From contig NC_058383.1 of NCBI RefSeq assembly GCF_018350175.1, positions 20,152,001 through 20,216,000 of the forward strand: DNA of 64,000 bases, given 5' to 3'. This document shows positions 1 to 10,805 of the stretch, piece by piece (the stretch's first letter is position 1; the number at the start of each line of letters is the position of its first letter). The notes below the pieces were generated by a model that saw nothing but the letters and a program-made list of their open reading frames with translations, made no database searches and was not told the origin of the DNA. Source of the DNA: Felis catus (lineage: Eukaryota). Position numbers and translations under genes: made by a program.

Positions 1-199
1 CAAAGTGGGCACCAAGGACAGCACAGGCTTTGAAGAAAGAAAAAGGCAGTTCTCTGTGATCTAGAAGCATCCAAGGAAGCCCAGCGTGGAAGGGGATTTG
101 CCCTGAACCCTGGACAATGGATATCAACATTAATTTATGTTAGTGCTGACGTTAGGGTTGTACTAGAGGTATTTTATTATCCAAGGCGTATGTGTGTGT

Positions 200-202
<3 letters not shown>

Positions 203-233
<31 letters not shown>
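203..233 (+). repeat. poly(A) run (31 A)
   Basis: Uninterrupted A run seen directly. Confidence 0.95.
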
Positions 234-235
<2 letters not shown>

Positions 236-546
236 TAACAGACACTGAGAAGCAAACTAAACAAAAGAAAATTGCCCAACAACTATTCATATTTTTACAT
301 CTATGTACTTACTTACCTGTCTACCTTGCTGTCTGTAGAATACGTATGGCCATCGCAGGGATATTCTCTCATGACCCACTTTTCACTTTACAACATAGCC
401 ATCAATTCCGTATCAACAAAGACAGATGCGCATAGTTTTAAGCAGGTTAATCATATTATATTTGTATGGATTACTTTCTTTCATCAGTCCTTTATGGTTG
501 GATATTTATACCGCTTACAGTTGACGGATATTATAAACGCTATTGT

Positions 547-760
547 GGGGGTGCCTGGGTGGCTCAGTCCATTAAGCATCCGACTGCGGCTCAGGTCATG
601 ATCTCACAGCTCGTGAGTTCGAGCCCCGCGTCCGGCTCTGTGCTGACAGCTCGGAGCCTGGAGCCTGCGTCCGATGCTGTGTCTCCCTCTCTCTGCCCCT
701 CCGCTGCTCATGCTCTCTTTCTCTCTGTCTGAAAAATAAATAAAACATTAAAAAAATAAG
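547..760 (+). mobile_element. Can-SINE (SINEC_Fc-like, tRNA-derived)
   Basis: GGGGTGCCTGGGTGGCTCAGTC head, GTTCGAGCCC B-box, CT-rich body, A-rich tail; decayed TSD ATAAACGCTATTGT (533-546) / ATAAATGCTATCGT (761-774). Confidence 0.95.
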
Positions 761-974
761 ATAAATGCTATCGTCATTACGATCTTTGCACATGAGTCTT
801 TGTGCAGTTGTTTCCTCAGGAAAACTCTCGTGTGTTTGCAATAGGTAGGGAGCTGAGGCTCGACAGAAGGGGTGTTGTCAGCAAAAGAATCAGGGAAAGC
901 CAAGGCACAGAATCAAGGGAGCACAGGCAGATTTGGAAAGCCATCACTGGAGATGAAGGAAGTCGATGGACAGT

Positions 975-1210
975 TACTCTGGGCCACTTGTGTGCCAGGC
1001 ACTGTGCTATGGGCTTTCACACGTACCAATTTGTGTCGTCTTCTAAGAACCACTTGAGGGGCACTGAGCTAGTCCCACTTGACTGATGAGGTAACCCCAA
1101 CCGAAGCACAGAGAGGGAGAGTTACCTGCCCGCGGTCACACAGTGAGCTGTGGCGTCAAGAGGGCATCTCAGTTTGTGGGACCCCCAAAGCTCAGGCTCG
1201 GTTCACTGCC
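975..1210 (-). mobile_element. MIR SINE relic
   Basis: TGTGCCAGGCACTGTGCT ... GCACAGAGAGG..GTTACCTGCCCGCGGTCACACAG resembles the reverse complement of the MIR core. Confidence 0.7.
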
Positions 1211-1460
1211 ATGAGGGTAGAAAGTGGCACTCACGGTCGCCATGCTAGCTGTTTCATAATAATGCCCCTAGTTTTGCCCGGACGTCATTACTTAGGTGGA
1301 CGTGTAAAAAGAGACAGAATGGAGAATCTTGTGTGTTCAGGCTGGTACCGACCACAGAGCGGACCCCGAGCCTTCATTCCCTTCTCACGAGGTCGGGTGA
1401 TGTCAGCAAAACTTCTTGCTCGGAAATATATTGTTTTGAACTTGGCAACCTGTAAGCTCG

Positions 1461-1474
1461 GTTGCCATGGTTAC
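1461..1474 (-). promoter_or_regulatory. RFX X-box motif match
   Basis: GTTGCCATGGTTAC; the reverse complement GTAACCATGGCAAC fits GTNRCC-N(0-3)-RGYAAC. Motif match only, function unproven. Confidence 0.45.
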
Positions 1475-1669
1475 CAGAGAGCCCTGGGGAATGATATACA
1501 CAAAGGGTGGTCTTGAAACACAATCAAGTCCCTTCCCCTCCAGCCTCAACCCGAGCTGGCGACAGTCTTTGACAGATTCTCCTGTGCCCAGGGAACCCCA
1601 CACCAAAGCGTTCGTGACAAGACACCCCACGCTTTCAGTGCATAATAACACTTCACAGGGACAGAAGGA

Positions 1670-1850
1670 AGCACTTTATGTGGATTATTTTCTCTAATTC
1701 TCCCCAAACCCTGCATGAGATATGCTACTATTTTTCCCATTTTATAGCTGAAGCCACAGAGACACAGAGGAGTTAAAAGGCTTTGCCCCAGTGTCAGTCA
1801 CACAGCTAGCAAATAAATGGCATCCTGGCTCTGGAACCAGCGCTCAGAAA
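1670..1850 (-). mobile_element. MIR SINE relic
   Basis: CCCATTTTATAGCTGAAG...ACAGAGGAGTTAA...GTCACACAGCTAG, MIR core in reverse orientation. Confidence 0.7.
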
Positions 1851-2399
1851 TGGCCCATCCTTTCCAGAGCCACAACCTTCAGAGCAAGTCACAGGCATCT
1901 TGTTGGTACCTGGCTCTGAAGATTCCCAGAAGGGAATATGATCCTACAGGGGCCATAAAAGGCTTTAGGCAAGAAAGATACGAGACGTTAGCAGGGATGT
2001 CCTAAAACAACTAGACAAATAGAAGGAACAAAAGAAAGCCCTGATTCAAACGTTTCTAGGCATCTAAGCAATTATGCCTTAAGGTCACTGTGAACATCCT
2101 AGCAGGGAATGCGGGTTGGCAAAGAGCTCTAAAGGTCACCGTTTACCCGTAGAATTTGCCTCTTTCTTTTTTAATATTAAGGTCCTCAACCAGACCCAAA
2201 TCTGGATGCCTACAGGGTTCAGGTAGGAGACAGATGAGTAAGGGAGCCGGAGGCCGGGGGCTGAGCCGGGAAGTGAGACACACAGGGGCTCTGTCTTGGT
2301 AGGCACCAGAACATTCCACCCAGCACTTGCCCCAGAGTTGCCACATCTGATTATGTGTCAGCAGCTGGGGATCTGGATGCTTCTGTGAATCTCCTGGTA

Positions 2400-2495
2400 T
2401 TTTTTTAAGTTTATTTATTTTGAGAGACAGAGCAAGCAGGGGAGGGACAGAGAGAGAGAGAGAGAGAGAGCAAGAAAATCCCAAGCAGGTTCACG
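2400..2495 (-). mobile_element. 5'-truncated Can-SINE
   Basis: TTTAAGTTTATTTATTTTGAGAGA...(GA)n...AATCCCAAGCAGG is the SINE 3' half in reverse. Confidence 0.85.
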
Positions 2496-3019
2496 CCTAA
2501 ACATTCAGTTGGGTTAAGCGTTGATGAAAGCTTCGAGAGCCAGGAGCTGGGCACTAGCTTTATAGTGACTAGTGGGCCCTGCCTTTTTAAAACCGAGTCT
2601 GGAGTGGTGTTTTTCAAACTGCAGCATGATTGATTAGTGCATCTTAGAATCAATGTAGTAGACGGCAGCCAACATTTAAAAATAGAAAACAAAAAATATA
2701 GAATAGACATAGAATATATAGAGAGAATATATATAATAGAATCAAATATTTATCTGAAAATATAAACTAGAATATCATGGGACATATCAAAACCCTTTGC
2801 ATGTAATAAGGGCGTTTTTTTTTGTTGTTGTTGTTTGTTTTGTTTTGTTTGCAGAGCATTTATTGGCATTATATATCCTATAGGTCATTTCATATATACG
2901 GTCAAAAAAATTTCAGAATTGACGTAAAAAGAAAGATTTTTTTTTTTGACTCCGAAAAAGAAGAGAATGTTCTACTTCCATTGAGCCCCAAGGAGAGTGG
3001 GTTTCAGTCATTTATTACA

Positions 3020-3200
3020 AAGCAGTTAAGAGCCTAAGCTCTGCCCCTTTCTAGCTGTGTGGCCTCGGGAAAATCGCTTCACCTCTCTGTGCCTCTGTCA
3101 CGCCATCTACGACATAGTGTGTGAGGATTAAACGAGTTAACGCCTGAAAAATACTTAGAACAGTGCCTGGTACCGAAGCAGTTTTCAATGGCGATGATTG
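3020..3200 (+). mobile_element. MIR SINE relic
   Basis: CTAGCTGTGTGGCCTCGGG...ACCTCTCTGTGCCTC...GTGAGGATTAAACGAGTTAA...CTTAGAACAGTGCCTGG. Confidence 0.8.
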
Positions 3201-4744
3201 TTGTTGCTTGTTGAGGCGTTTGAAACAATAAATAGTGTTTTCGCTTATGAATTAAACAAAATCTCCCACGTGACTAGGATCAGGCTTTACCTTTGTGTAT
3301 CCTAAATGGTCTGGAATGGTCAGCAGGAGGGGTCAGAGAAAGGTCTTTAACTGTAATACAATCTCTACGGTTTTCTTGGGACGCTTTCCAGGTCCTCGGC
3401 AACCTGGGGACCATTGATCTTCTGTCATCCAGGTGGCCCACAGTGGTTTCTAGGGGCCCACATCCAGGTCAGCTGAAGCTTTATGAGCACCTGGCCCGGC
3501 GGCCGTTCTTCCAGACGCATTAACACACACGGCACCTCATTATCATCCCAGTGTTCCAGTGGGGACATACATTCTGCCGCTTTATAGTAGATCAAGAGAC
3601 AGCAGCGCAGAAAGGCAAAGTGACATGATTGAGATCTTCCAGGAGGCGAGGCAAGATGCAAGCAAGGCCACGGAGGTGTCAGGCTTGTGCCAGGGGCCCA
3701 GGGCTGAGGGACAGGAGTGTGGGCCCCACAGGGCACGACCGGAACCGGGTTCTGTGTAAGCTGGTGGGCAATGAGAAGGCCCCAGGGCGTTTGGGGCTGG
3801 GTTTCCGCCGAATCCTGATCCTTTCGCTAAGGCTAATTCCAATTCGGCCAACACAGTAACTCCTTATTTGATTTGCTCTGATTTCCCTGTATTTGATTAA
3901 CCAGCCTCCTCGTTCCTCAATGATAAGAGAGTTTACTGAGTTACCTTTGGAAACTCAAATGCTGTACTCTATTTAGCTTGGAAGGATCCACAGGGAGACA
4001 GTTTTACATAATGTTGTCACTATACCACTTGGTTATCTTCATTTTCTCACTCTCGCCACTGGATTTAAGGCCACGAGAAGCGGGAAAACAGTAAGAGAGA
4101 TATTAACCATGATTTCAAAGATAGCTTCCATGCTTTGAGTGCTAAGTACATGTTGGCTAAGGGCCCTGCCTCCATTGTCCCTCAGAGTCCTCGCGTGCCC
4201 CTGGGGGAGCTGATATGTTCCACAGCAATTCACCAAAGGTCACAAGGTTGGTAAGTGGTACAGATGGGTCTAGACCCAGGACGGTCGCTGAAGGCACGAT
4301 CCCAGCAGCCATCCAGGACACCTCAGGTCAAGCTCCAGTTCTGTAACTCTGGACACAGTGCTTCTCTCTTTCACAATGTGGAGAGAGGAGAGAGAGAGAG
4401 AGATTGGCCCGATCTTCCCTTCACCTGTCCCCTTCCAGCTGAAGAAGATTAGAGGCATGGCGGCTAAGGGAGCGGAGAAAAATTAGACACCCCGCTCCCA
4501 ACCCAGGTGAGCAAATCTTTCTCACGGGGGCCAGCTGATGGCAACCCAACACATGCATGTAGGCACCGTGGGCACATGTCATTTCTGCCTATCCAGAATC
4601 CACCCACTTTCTGGTAAAACAACACAACTACAACCGTCACAACAAAACGATCAGTACAAAACCATAAAAGGGTGAAGCACAGATACGTAAATAGACACGC
4701 ATGCGTGCCCCGCCCCTTTCCTGTGGGGTACTTCCCCCCCACCT

Positions 4745-5200
4745 TTCTGCCCTGAAGTTACAATCCCACCCGCTCCAGTCGTAGGCACATGACCAGGTCT
4801 AACCGATCAGAGAGCAAAGCACCCCGCCTCGGCCTCAGTGATTGGTTCAGGGATGGCCAATGAGACTCAAGCTCGAAGAGCTCCCTCCTTCCCCTGCCCA
4901 GCGTGGCTTCGCTGGCTGGCTTTTAGGCCAGAAATGTTGGTGGCGGTCTCGGGGAGACCTTGGGGCCGAGTGGGGCCAACTTGGCGCAAAGCGGAGTTAG
5001 GTAATGGAGGGAACCATGTCCTGAAGAAATCGCTTCAGCATCCGATTCTAGTCCCGTAGGTCTAAGCCGGTCCAGACCTAGTCTAGTCTAGAGCTAGTTC
5101 TGCTACCGGAAGTCCCAATCCCACGCGCCTGTATGTTTTGCTTGAGCCCCTTTGAGTGACGTTTCTGACTCTTGGCGCAAAAGTAAAAAATTAATGACAT
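4745..5200 (+). mobile_element. old MaLR LTR fragment (MLT1J/K-like)
   Basis: GGCACATGACCAGGTCTAACCGATCAGAG and GTGATTGGTTCAGGGATGGCCAATGAGAC resemble old MLT1 LTRs. Confidence 0.55.
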
Positions 5201-5232
5201 GCTTTGTTCAAAACACTTTTGGTGGCTTTCCT

Positions 5233-5578
5233 TGCAGGGGACTGAGTGCTTGTGATCCCTCGGAATTCCTGTGTCCAAAGCCGTCCCCCAGTATGATGCT
5301 GGCATCTCTGGGAGGTCGCGAGCGGGGAGGCCCTTAAGAAGGGGGTGAGGGTCCCGGAAAATGGGACCCGGAGGGCGCCCCCGCTCTCATTCGGCCACGT
5401 GACAACAAAGCGAGGACACCGCCGTCGGCCACCAGGGAGCAGTTTCTCGCCGGAACCCGGCCGTGCCCACACCCCGGTTTGGAACGTCCAGCTTCCAGAA
5501 TGTGAGAAACACGTTTCCGCTCCCGGGAAGCCCCGGATCTGTGGTTCTGTGCTGCAGCGACGCAAATGGACGGAGACG
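5233..5578 (+). mobile_element. MLT1A-like solo LTR, strongly GC-shifted
   Basis: Collinear with the MLT1A-type LTRs at 13022 and 15320 (start TGCAGGGGACTGAGTGCTTGTG; CTTCCAGAATGTGAGAAA; end GGACGGAGACG) but with many A/T positions replaced by G/C. Confidence 0.7.
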
Positions 5579-6050
5579 GGTCAGGCCCGCAGCCCGTGTT
5601 TCCGCGTTCATCCGCCGGCCTCTGGGGCTGAGGGCCGCAAGGACCTCACCCTCTCACAGCACGGTGGCCTTTCACCTGTCACCGTGACAATGTGTCCCCC
5701 ACGCTTCCCTGTTTAACGCATTGCCTCCTTAAGACTTTTCCGCTCACCATGGGTGGCCAATTCCACACCCCTAAGACGGCATATATGGGACGGCATTCTC
5801 GGGCCTCGTGTTTCATAAAAACCGTTAGCACTCGAGTCAGCCGCGGTTCTAAGCAAGGACCCGCGTTTGCTGCGCAAGAAGCCCTCCGAGGTGGCCTGAC
5901 CTTACCGCCATTCTACAGGCGGGGCCACCGAGGCCCCGGACCGGTGCGCGGTTTCTCGGGCCCAGTGCGGTGGTCGCCACACCCAAGCCGCGTGGCCCAC
6001 TTCTCCAGATTTCACCGGCTCGGCTCCCAGGATGCTCCGCTGGAACCATG
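5280..6050. other. CpG-island-like GC-rich patch
   Basis: Visibly high CpG density relative to the flanks; CpG obs/exp not computed. Confidence 0.6.
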
Positions 6051-6929
6051 CTGCCCTTTGCTCCCCTTGGTGCTAGAAAGAGTTAAGGGAATTTGTAACT
6101 GTAGAGCAGAAAAGGCCACAGAGCGTAGCACGATAATTGGGCTTGTTTGGTGGGGAGGCAACGCCTATCTTGGTGTCAGGGCACCGTGTAAAAAATGTGT
6201 TTTTATTCCACATAAATTAGTCTGCGTGTTCACCCCATGCCGGCGACGGCCTGGCGGCCAAACGGGGCTCTGGCATTAACTCTACGCTGGGAGATCACTC
6301 ATTAGTGGAAGCAGGGCCCCTGTCTGCATTTTCTTTTGTGTCTTTTCCCGGAGCAGAGCAGAACACAGGGTCTAATTGGGAGGCAGATTGCAGAGCGAAT
6401 ACAAATGAGCTTCCAAATTCTTCCCTTTAGCCTTGTCTACACTAGCAGAGGGACAAAATGAGGGTGCAAACTCACCGTGCCCGAAAGCCCGAGACTTAGA
6501 AAGGTATATTCACGGATTCCTGGAAAACTCCATTTGGAGAATCTTACTAATAGAAAAGAGATCCGTTGAATCATAGATGCTCCGAATGATGAGGTCTTAG
6601 AATTTTACGTTCTTAGAATCCCGGCAGTGAGGATGTAGCCACACACCCGGACCACAAGGGCCCTCCACACCGCCTGCTGGAACTTTCCCTGTTTCCTCGG
6701 GTGGGGCCCCGTTTCCCTCCTCCCACCAGCCCCTACTCCTCTTGGCTGGCTGGCTGGCTCAGGTGCCGCTCATGCCTCCGTTGAACTAGTACTCACTTCC
6801 TCTGTCTACACAAAAATGGGCACATCTGAGGTCAAGTCAGAGCCCCCTCACCTTCCCACATCGTTCTCCTCTTCACTGAGCTGACTTCGCACACACACCC
6901 CCCCCACCCCGTGGTTTGTAAGGTCTTTA

Positions 6930-7135
6930 TTTATTTATTTTTTTAAGTTTATTTATCTTGAGAGAGGCAGAGACAGCATGCATCGGGGAGGGGCAGAGAG
7001 CGAGGGAGACAGAGAATCCTGAGCGCGCTTTGGTCCACCAGTGCAGAGCCGGACGCGGGGCTCGAACCCACAAAACCACAAGATCCTGACCTGAGCTGAA
7101 ACCGAGAGTTGCTTCACCAAACCGAGGTACCCAGG
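6930..7135 (-). mobile_element. Can-SINE
   Basis: Reverse-oriented tail, body and head; AGGTCTTTA repeated at 6921-6929 and 7133-7141 as a probable TSD. Confidence 0.9.
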
Positions 7136-7651
7136 TCTTTACATGGAGGGATCCGGACCATTTTGTTCACCATCGAATCCTCAGGGCCTGGGTGCATATC
7201 TGACATGAAGGGGGTAGGAGTATTTTCTGGATGCACGATTGAATAAATGATCTTGGATTCTTTGGTTCCCAGGACTGGAGGGAACTTTAAGCCCTGCCTG
7301 GATCGGCAGCTGCCTCCAAGCCCTCCGCAAAATCCCTGACCAATACTTGTCCAACCTCTGCTTGAATTCCTATGGGGAAGGGGAGCTCACCACCTCCAGG
7401 AGTCGCATTCTTTCCACTGTAGAGAGAGAGGTTCACACTATGTGCCCTGCGACGTCACCTCCCTGCCCTGGAATATAACCCCCAGCATGACGTAGCACAG
7501 GCAAGCACGGGCTTGCAACCCCAAGATGGCAAGAATGATTCCCCAAAAGGCTGAACACGAAGGCCTCATGCTGGCGAACTGGTGACCCAAGAGTTGTATT
7601 TGACACAGAGTATTATTTCCTAGTTCCACGATTTAAAACAAACCAAATTTC

Positions 7652-8083
7652 AGGGCGTCTGGGTGGCTCAGTCGGTTAAGCGTCCGACTTCGGCTCAGGT
7701 CGTGATCTCGCGGTCCGTGGGTTCGAGCCCCGTGTCGGGCTCTGTGCTGACAGCTCAGAGCCCGGAGCCTGTTTCGGATTCTGTGTCTCCCTCTCTCTGA
7801 CCCTCCCCCATTCATGCTCTGTCTCTCTCTGTCTCAAAAATGAATAAACGTGGGGTGCCTGGGTGGTGCAGTTGGTTGAGCGCCCGACTTCAGCCAGGTC
7901 ACGATCTCGCGGTCCGTGAGTTCGAGCCCCGCGTCGGGCTCTGGGCTGATGGCTCAGAGCCTGGAGCCTGTTTCCGATTCTGTGTCTCCCTCTCTCTCTG
8001 CCCCTCCCCCATTCATGCTCTGTCTCTCTCTGTCCCAAAAATAAATAAACATTGAAAAAAAAATGAATAAACGTTAAAAAAAA
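7652..8083 (+). mobile_element. Can-SINE (outer, interrupted in its tail)
   Basis: Full head and body 7652-7851; tail resumes after the inner SINE; AAATTTC flanks both ends. Confidence 0.93.
7852..8058 (+). mobile_element. young SINEC_Fc nested in the tail of another SINE
   Basis: Perfect TSD AAAAATGAATAAACGT at 7836-7851 and 8059-8074. Confidence 0.95.
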
Positions 8084-8114
8084 TTTCCTTTAAAGTGTGA
8101 TGCAGACACAGAAA

Positions 8115-8166
8115 CATGCACCTATCACAAGCCTACAGCTCATGCACCTATCACAAGCCTACAGCT
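8115..8166. repeat. perfect 26-bp tandem duplication
   Basis: CATGCACCTATCACAAGCCTACAGCT twice. Confidence 0.95.
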
Positions 8167-9167
8167 CAATGGATTAGCTCAAAGTGAGCTCAGCTACGTC
8201 ACCAGCACAGATGAAGAAATAGCCCATGACATGACCAGTGAATCGTGCTCCCTCCGGTCACTCTCTGTGTCCTGGTGACTAGTCCCTATTCTAAAATTTG
8301 GAAGGATCTACGTTCAAATATGGCACCTCCGGGCCCCCAATTCCTTATGGTGAGAATGGCTGGGTCTGAATGACACCTCCCTGTTCCATGGGGCATGTGA
8401 TGTCCAGCTGGTGCACTTGACCTGCTTCCCTGAGTGTGGCCCCTGCAGGCATTTAATATTTTCTAATGCTGCTCTAGTCATGTTTTTCTAGATGCTGGCA
8501 CCTCTAAGAGCCACAATGTGTAAATGGGAAGGGACCAGGGTGAAACAGAACCATGTTTTTGCTTTGGAAACAGATGGAAATGAGTCGGGGTCCTGATCTG
8601 CAACCAGCTGGGGTGTCTACACAGCATAGTGAGTCTTCTCCTGTGCTTACTGACCATTTGTATATCTTCTTGGGAGAAATGGCTGTTCAAATCCTTGGTC
8701 CATTTTTAATTGGATCACGGGCCTTTTTATCAAATTTCAGGAACCCTTGACCTATTTTGGGTGTAAGTTCCATATTAGATATTTTCCCCATCAAATATTT
8801 TCTCCCATCCTTTAGTCTCTCTTTTCACCTTGCAGCACAAAACTTTGTAACTTTAATGTAGGCCAAGTTATCTTATTTTTTTTATCACTTGTGATTTTGC
8901 TGTCGTATCTAAGAAAACATTGCCTTAAAAAAAGTCATAAAGATTTACTTCTGTTCTCGGAGTCTTACAGTGCGAGCTGTTTCTTAGGTGGTGTTTCAAC
9001 TTGTTAAAGAATTTAAAATTTTAAAAAAATTTTTCCAGCTTTATTTCAGTGTCATTAGCGAATGAAAATTGTATACACTTAAGAAGTACAATGTGATTTT
9101 TGACATATGTATACGTTGTGAAATGATCACAATTAAGCTAACATATCTGTCACCTCAAATAGGATGG

Positions 9168-9387
9168 TTTTTTAAAAAATTTTAAATGTTTATTTACTTT
9201 TGAGAGAGAGAGAGGGAGAGCGAGAGCAGGGGAGGGGCAGAGAGAAAGGGAGACACAGAATTGGAAGCTGGCTCCAGGCCCTGAGCTGTCAGCACAGAGC
9301 CCGACACGGGGCTTGAACCCACGAACCGGGAGATCATGACCCAAGCCAAAGTCAGATGCTTAACCGACTGGGCCACCTAGGCACCCC
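9168..9387 (-). mobile_element. Can-SINE
   Basis: Complete reverse-oriented SINE ending GGCCACCTAGGCACCCC. Confidence 0.93.
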
Positions 9388-10018
9388 AGGACTTTGGTTT
9401 TGTTTTTGTTTATGGTGAGAACATGTAAGATAACTCTCAGCAAATTTCAAATCTACAATACAGGATTGCCCATATCCACCCTGCTGTGCATTAGACCTGT
9501 AGAATCATCCTGCATAACCAGACCTTTGTAAACTTCGACCAACAGCTCCCCATTTCCTTCCTCTCCCAGATCTACAACTACCTTTCTACTGTCTGCTTTT
9601 CTGAGTCTGACTTTTTGAAATTCCACATGTAAGTGACTTTCGGTGTCTGCCTCACTTTACTTAGCATGGTGTCCTCCAGGTTCATCTATGCTGTCCCAAA
9701 TGGTGGGACTTTCTTCTTTTCCTTCTTTTTTTTAAGGCTTAATACTATTCGTTACATATGCTACGTAACAATCGTATATTTCTAAGTGTCCAAGGGCTCC
9801 CCGGTCTCCACATCCACGCCGACACGTTATCACCTGTCTTCCTGCTGGTGGCCATCCTGACAGGTGGGAGGTGATAGCTCACTGTGGTCCTTCATGCTGA
9901 GTGATGTTGAGTGTTTTTTCATACACTGTTGACCACTTGAAAGTCAACAGATATTGACTTTCACACAATAGATATTTGGGAAAATATCTATTTAGATCCT
10001 CTGCTCTTTTTTTAAATT

Positions 10019-10201
10019 ATATATATATTTTTAGAGGAGCAAAGGCTGGAGGGAGGGGCAAAGGGAGACAGAGAGAGAATCTTAAGTAGGCTGCACGCTC
10101 AGCACGGAGCCCAACGCTGGGCTTGATCCCACAACCGTGAGATCATGACCTGAGCCCAAACCAAGAGTCGGATGCTCAACCAACTGAGCCACCCAGGAGC
10201 C
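10019..10201 (-). mobile_element. Can-SINE (older subtype)
   Basis: GAGATCATGACCTGAGCCCAAACCAAGAGTCGGATGCTCAACCAACTGAGCCACCCAGG; flanked by similar CTxTGCTxTTTTTTTAAATT copies. Confidence 0.9.
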
Positions 10202-10754
10202 TTTGCTTTTTTTTTAAATTGGATTGTTTGCTTTTTTACTATGGAGTTGCATGAGTCTTTCGTATGTTTTGGCTGTTCATCCTTTATTTGATATATGGTT
10301 TGCATTATTTTCTCCCATCCAGCGGGTTGCCTTTTCGTTTTGTTGGTGGTTTCCTTTCCTGTGCAGAAGCTTTTTCATTGGATGTGGTCCTCCGTGTGGA
10401 TTTGTGCTTTTATTGGTTGTGCTTCTATTGTTGTCATATCCAAAAAAATCATCACCCAGACCAATGTCAACGAGGTCCTTCCCTATGCTTTCTTCTAGGA
10501 ATTTTTTGGCATCAGGTATTATGTTTGCGACTTTAATCCATTTTAAGTTTTGTGAGTGAATTAAGGTAGGGGTTCAATTTTGTTTTTCTGAATGTGGTCA
10601 AGAAGTTTTCCCAACACTGTTTGTTGAAGTGACTATTTTGTCTCCCACAGAGTATTCTTGGCTCCCTTGTCAAATATTAGCTAACTATATATGTGGTAGT
10701 TTATTTCTGATCTCTCTATTCTGTTCCAATAGTCTGCGTGTCTGTTTTTAACCC

Positions 10755-10805
10755 AGTACCATACTGTTTTTTTTTAAATTTTTTTTTTTAGTACCATACT
10801 GTTTT
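10755..10805 (-). mobile_element. tail-only retro-insertion with 16-bp TSD
   Basis: AGTACCATACTGTTTT (10755-10770 and 10790-10805) flanks a 19-nt T-rich tract. Confidence 0.7.

Noticed and set aside
2500..2830. Possible hAT/Charlie-type DNA transposon relics (also about 28160-28800, 40500-40620, 52680-52870)
   Set aside because: Resemblance is plausible but too decayed to assign family or boundaries without a database search.
5692..6279. 195-aa ORF in the CpG-rich patch, suggesting a first exon
   Set aside because: Overlaps GC-shifted repeat relics, where stop codons are depleted by composition; no homology recognised.
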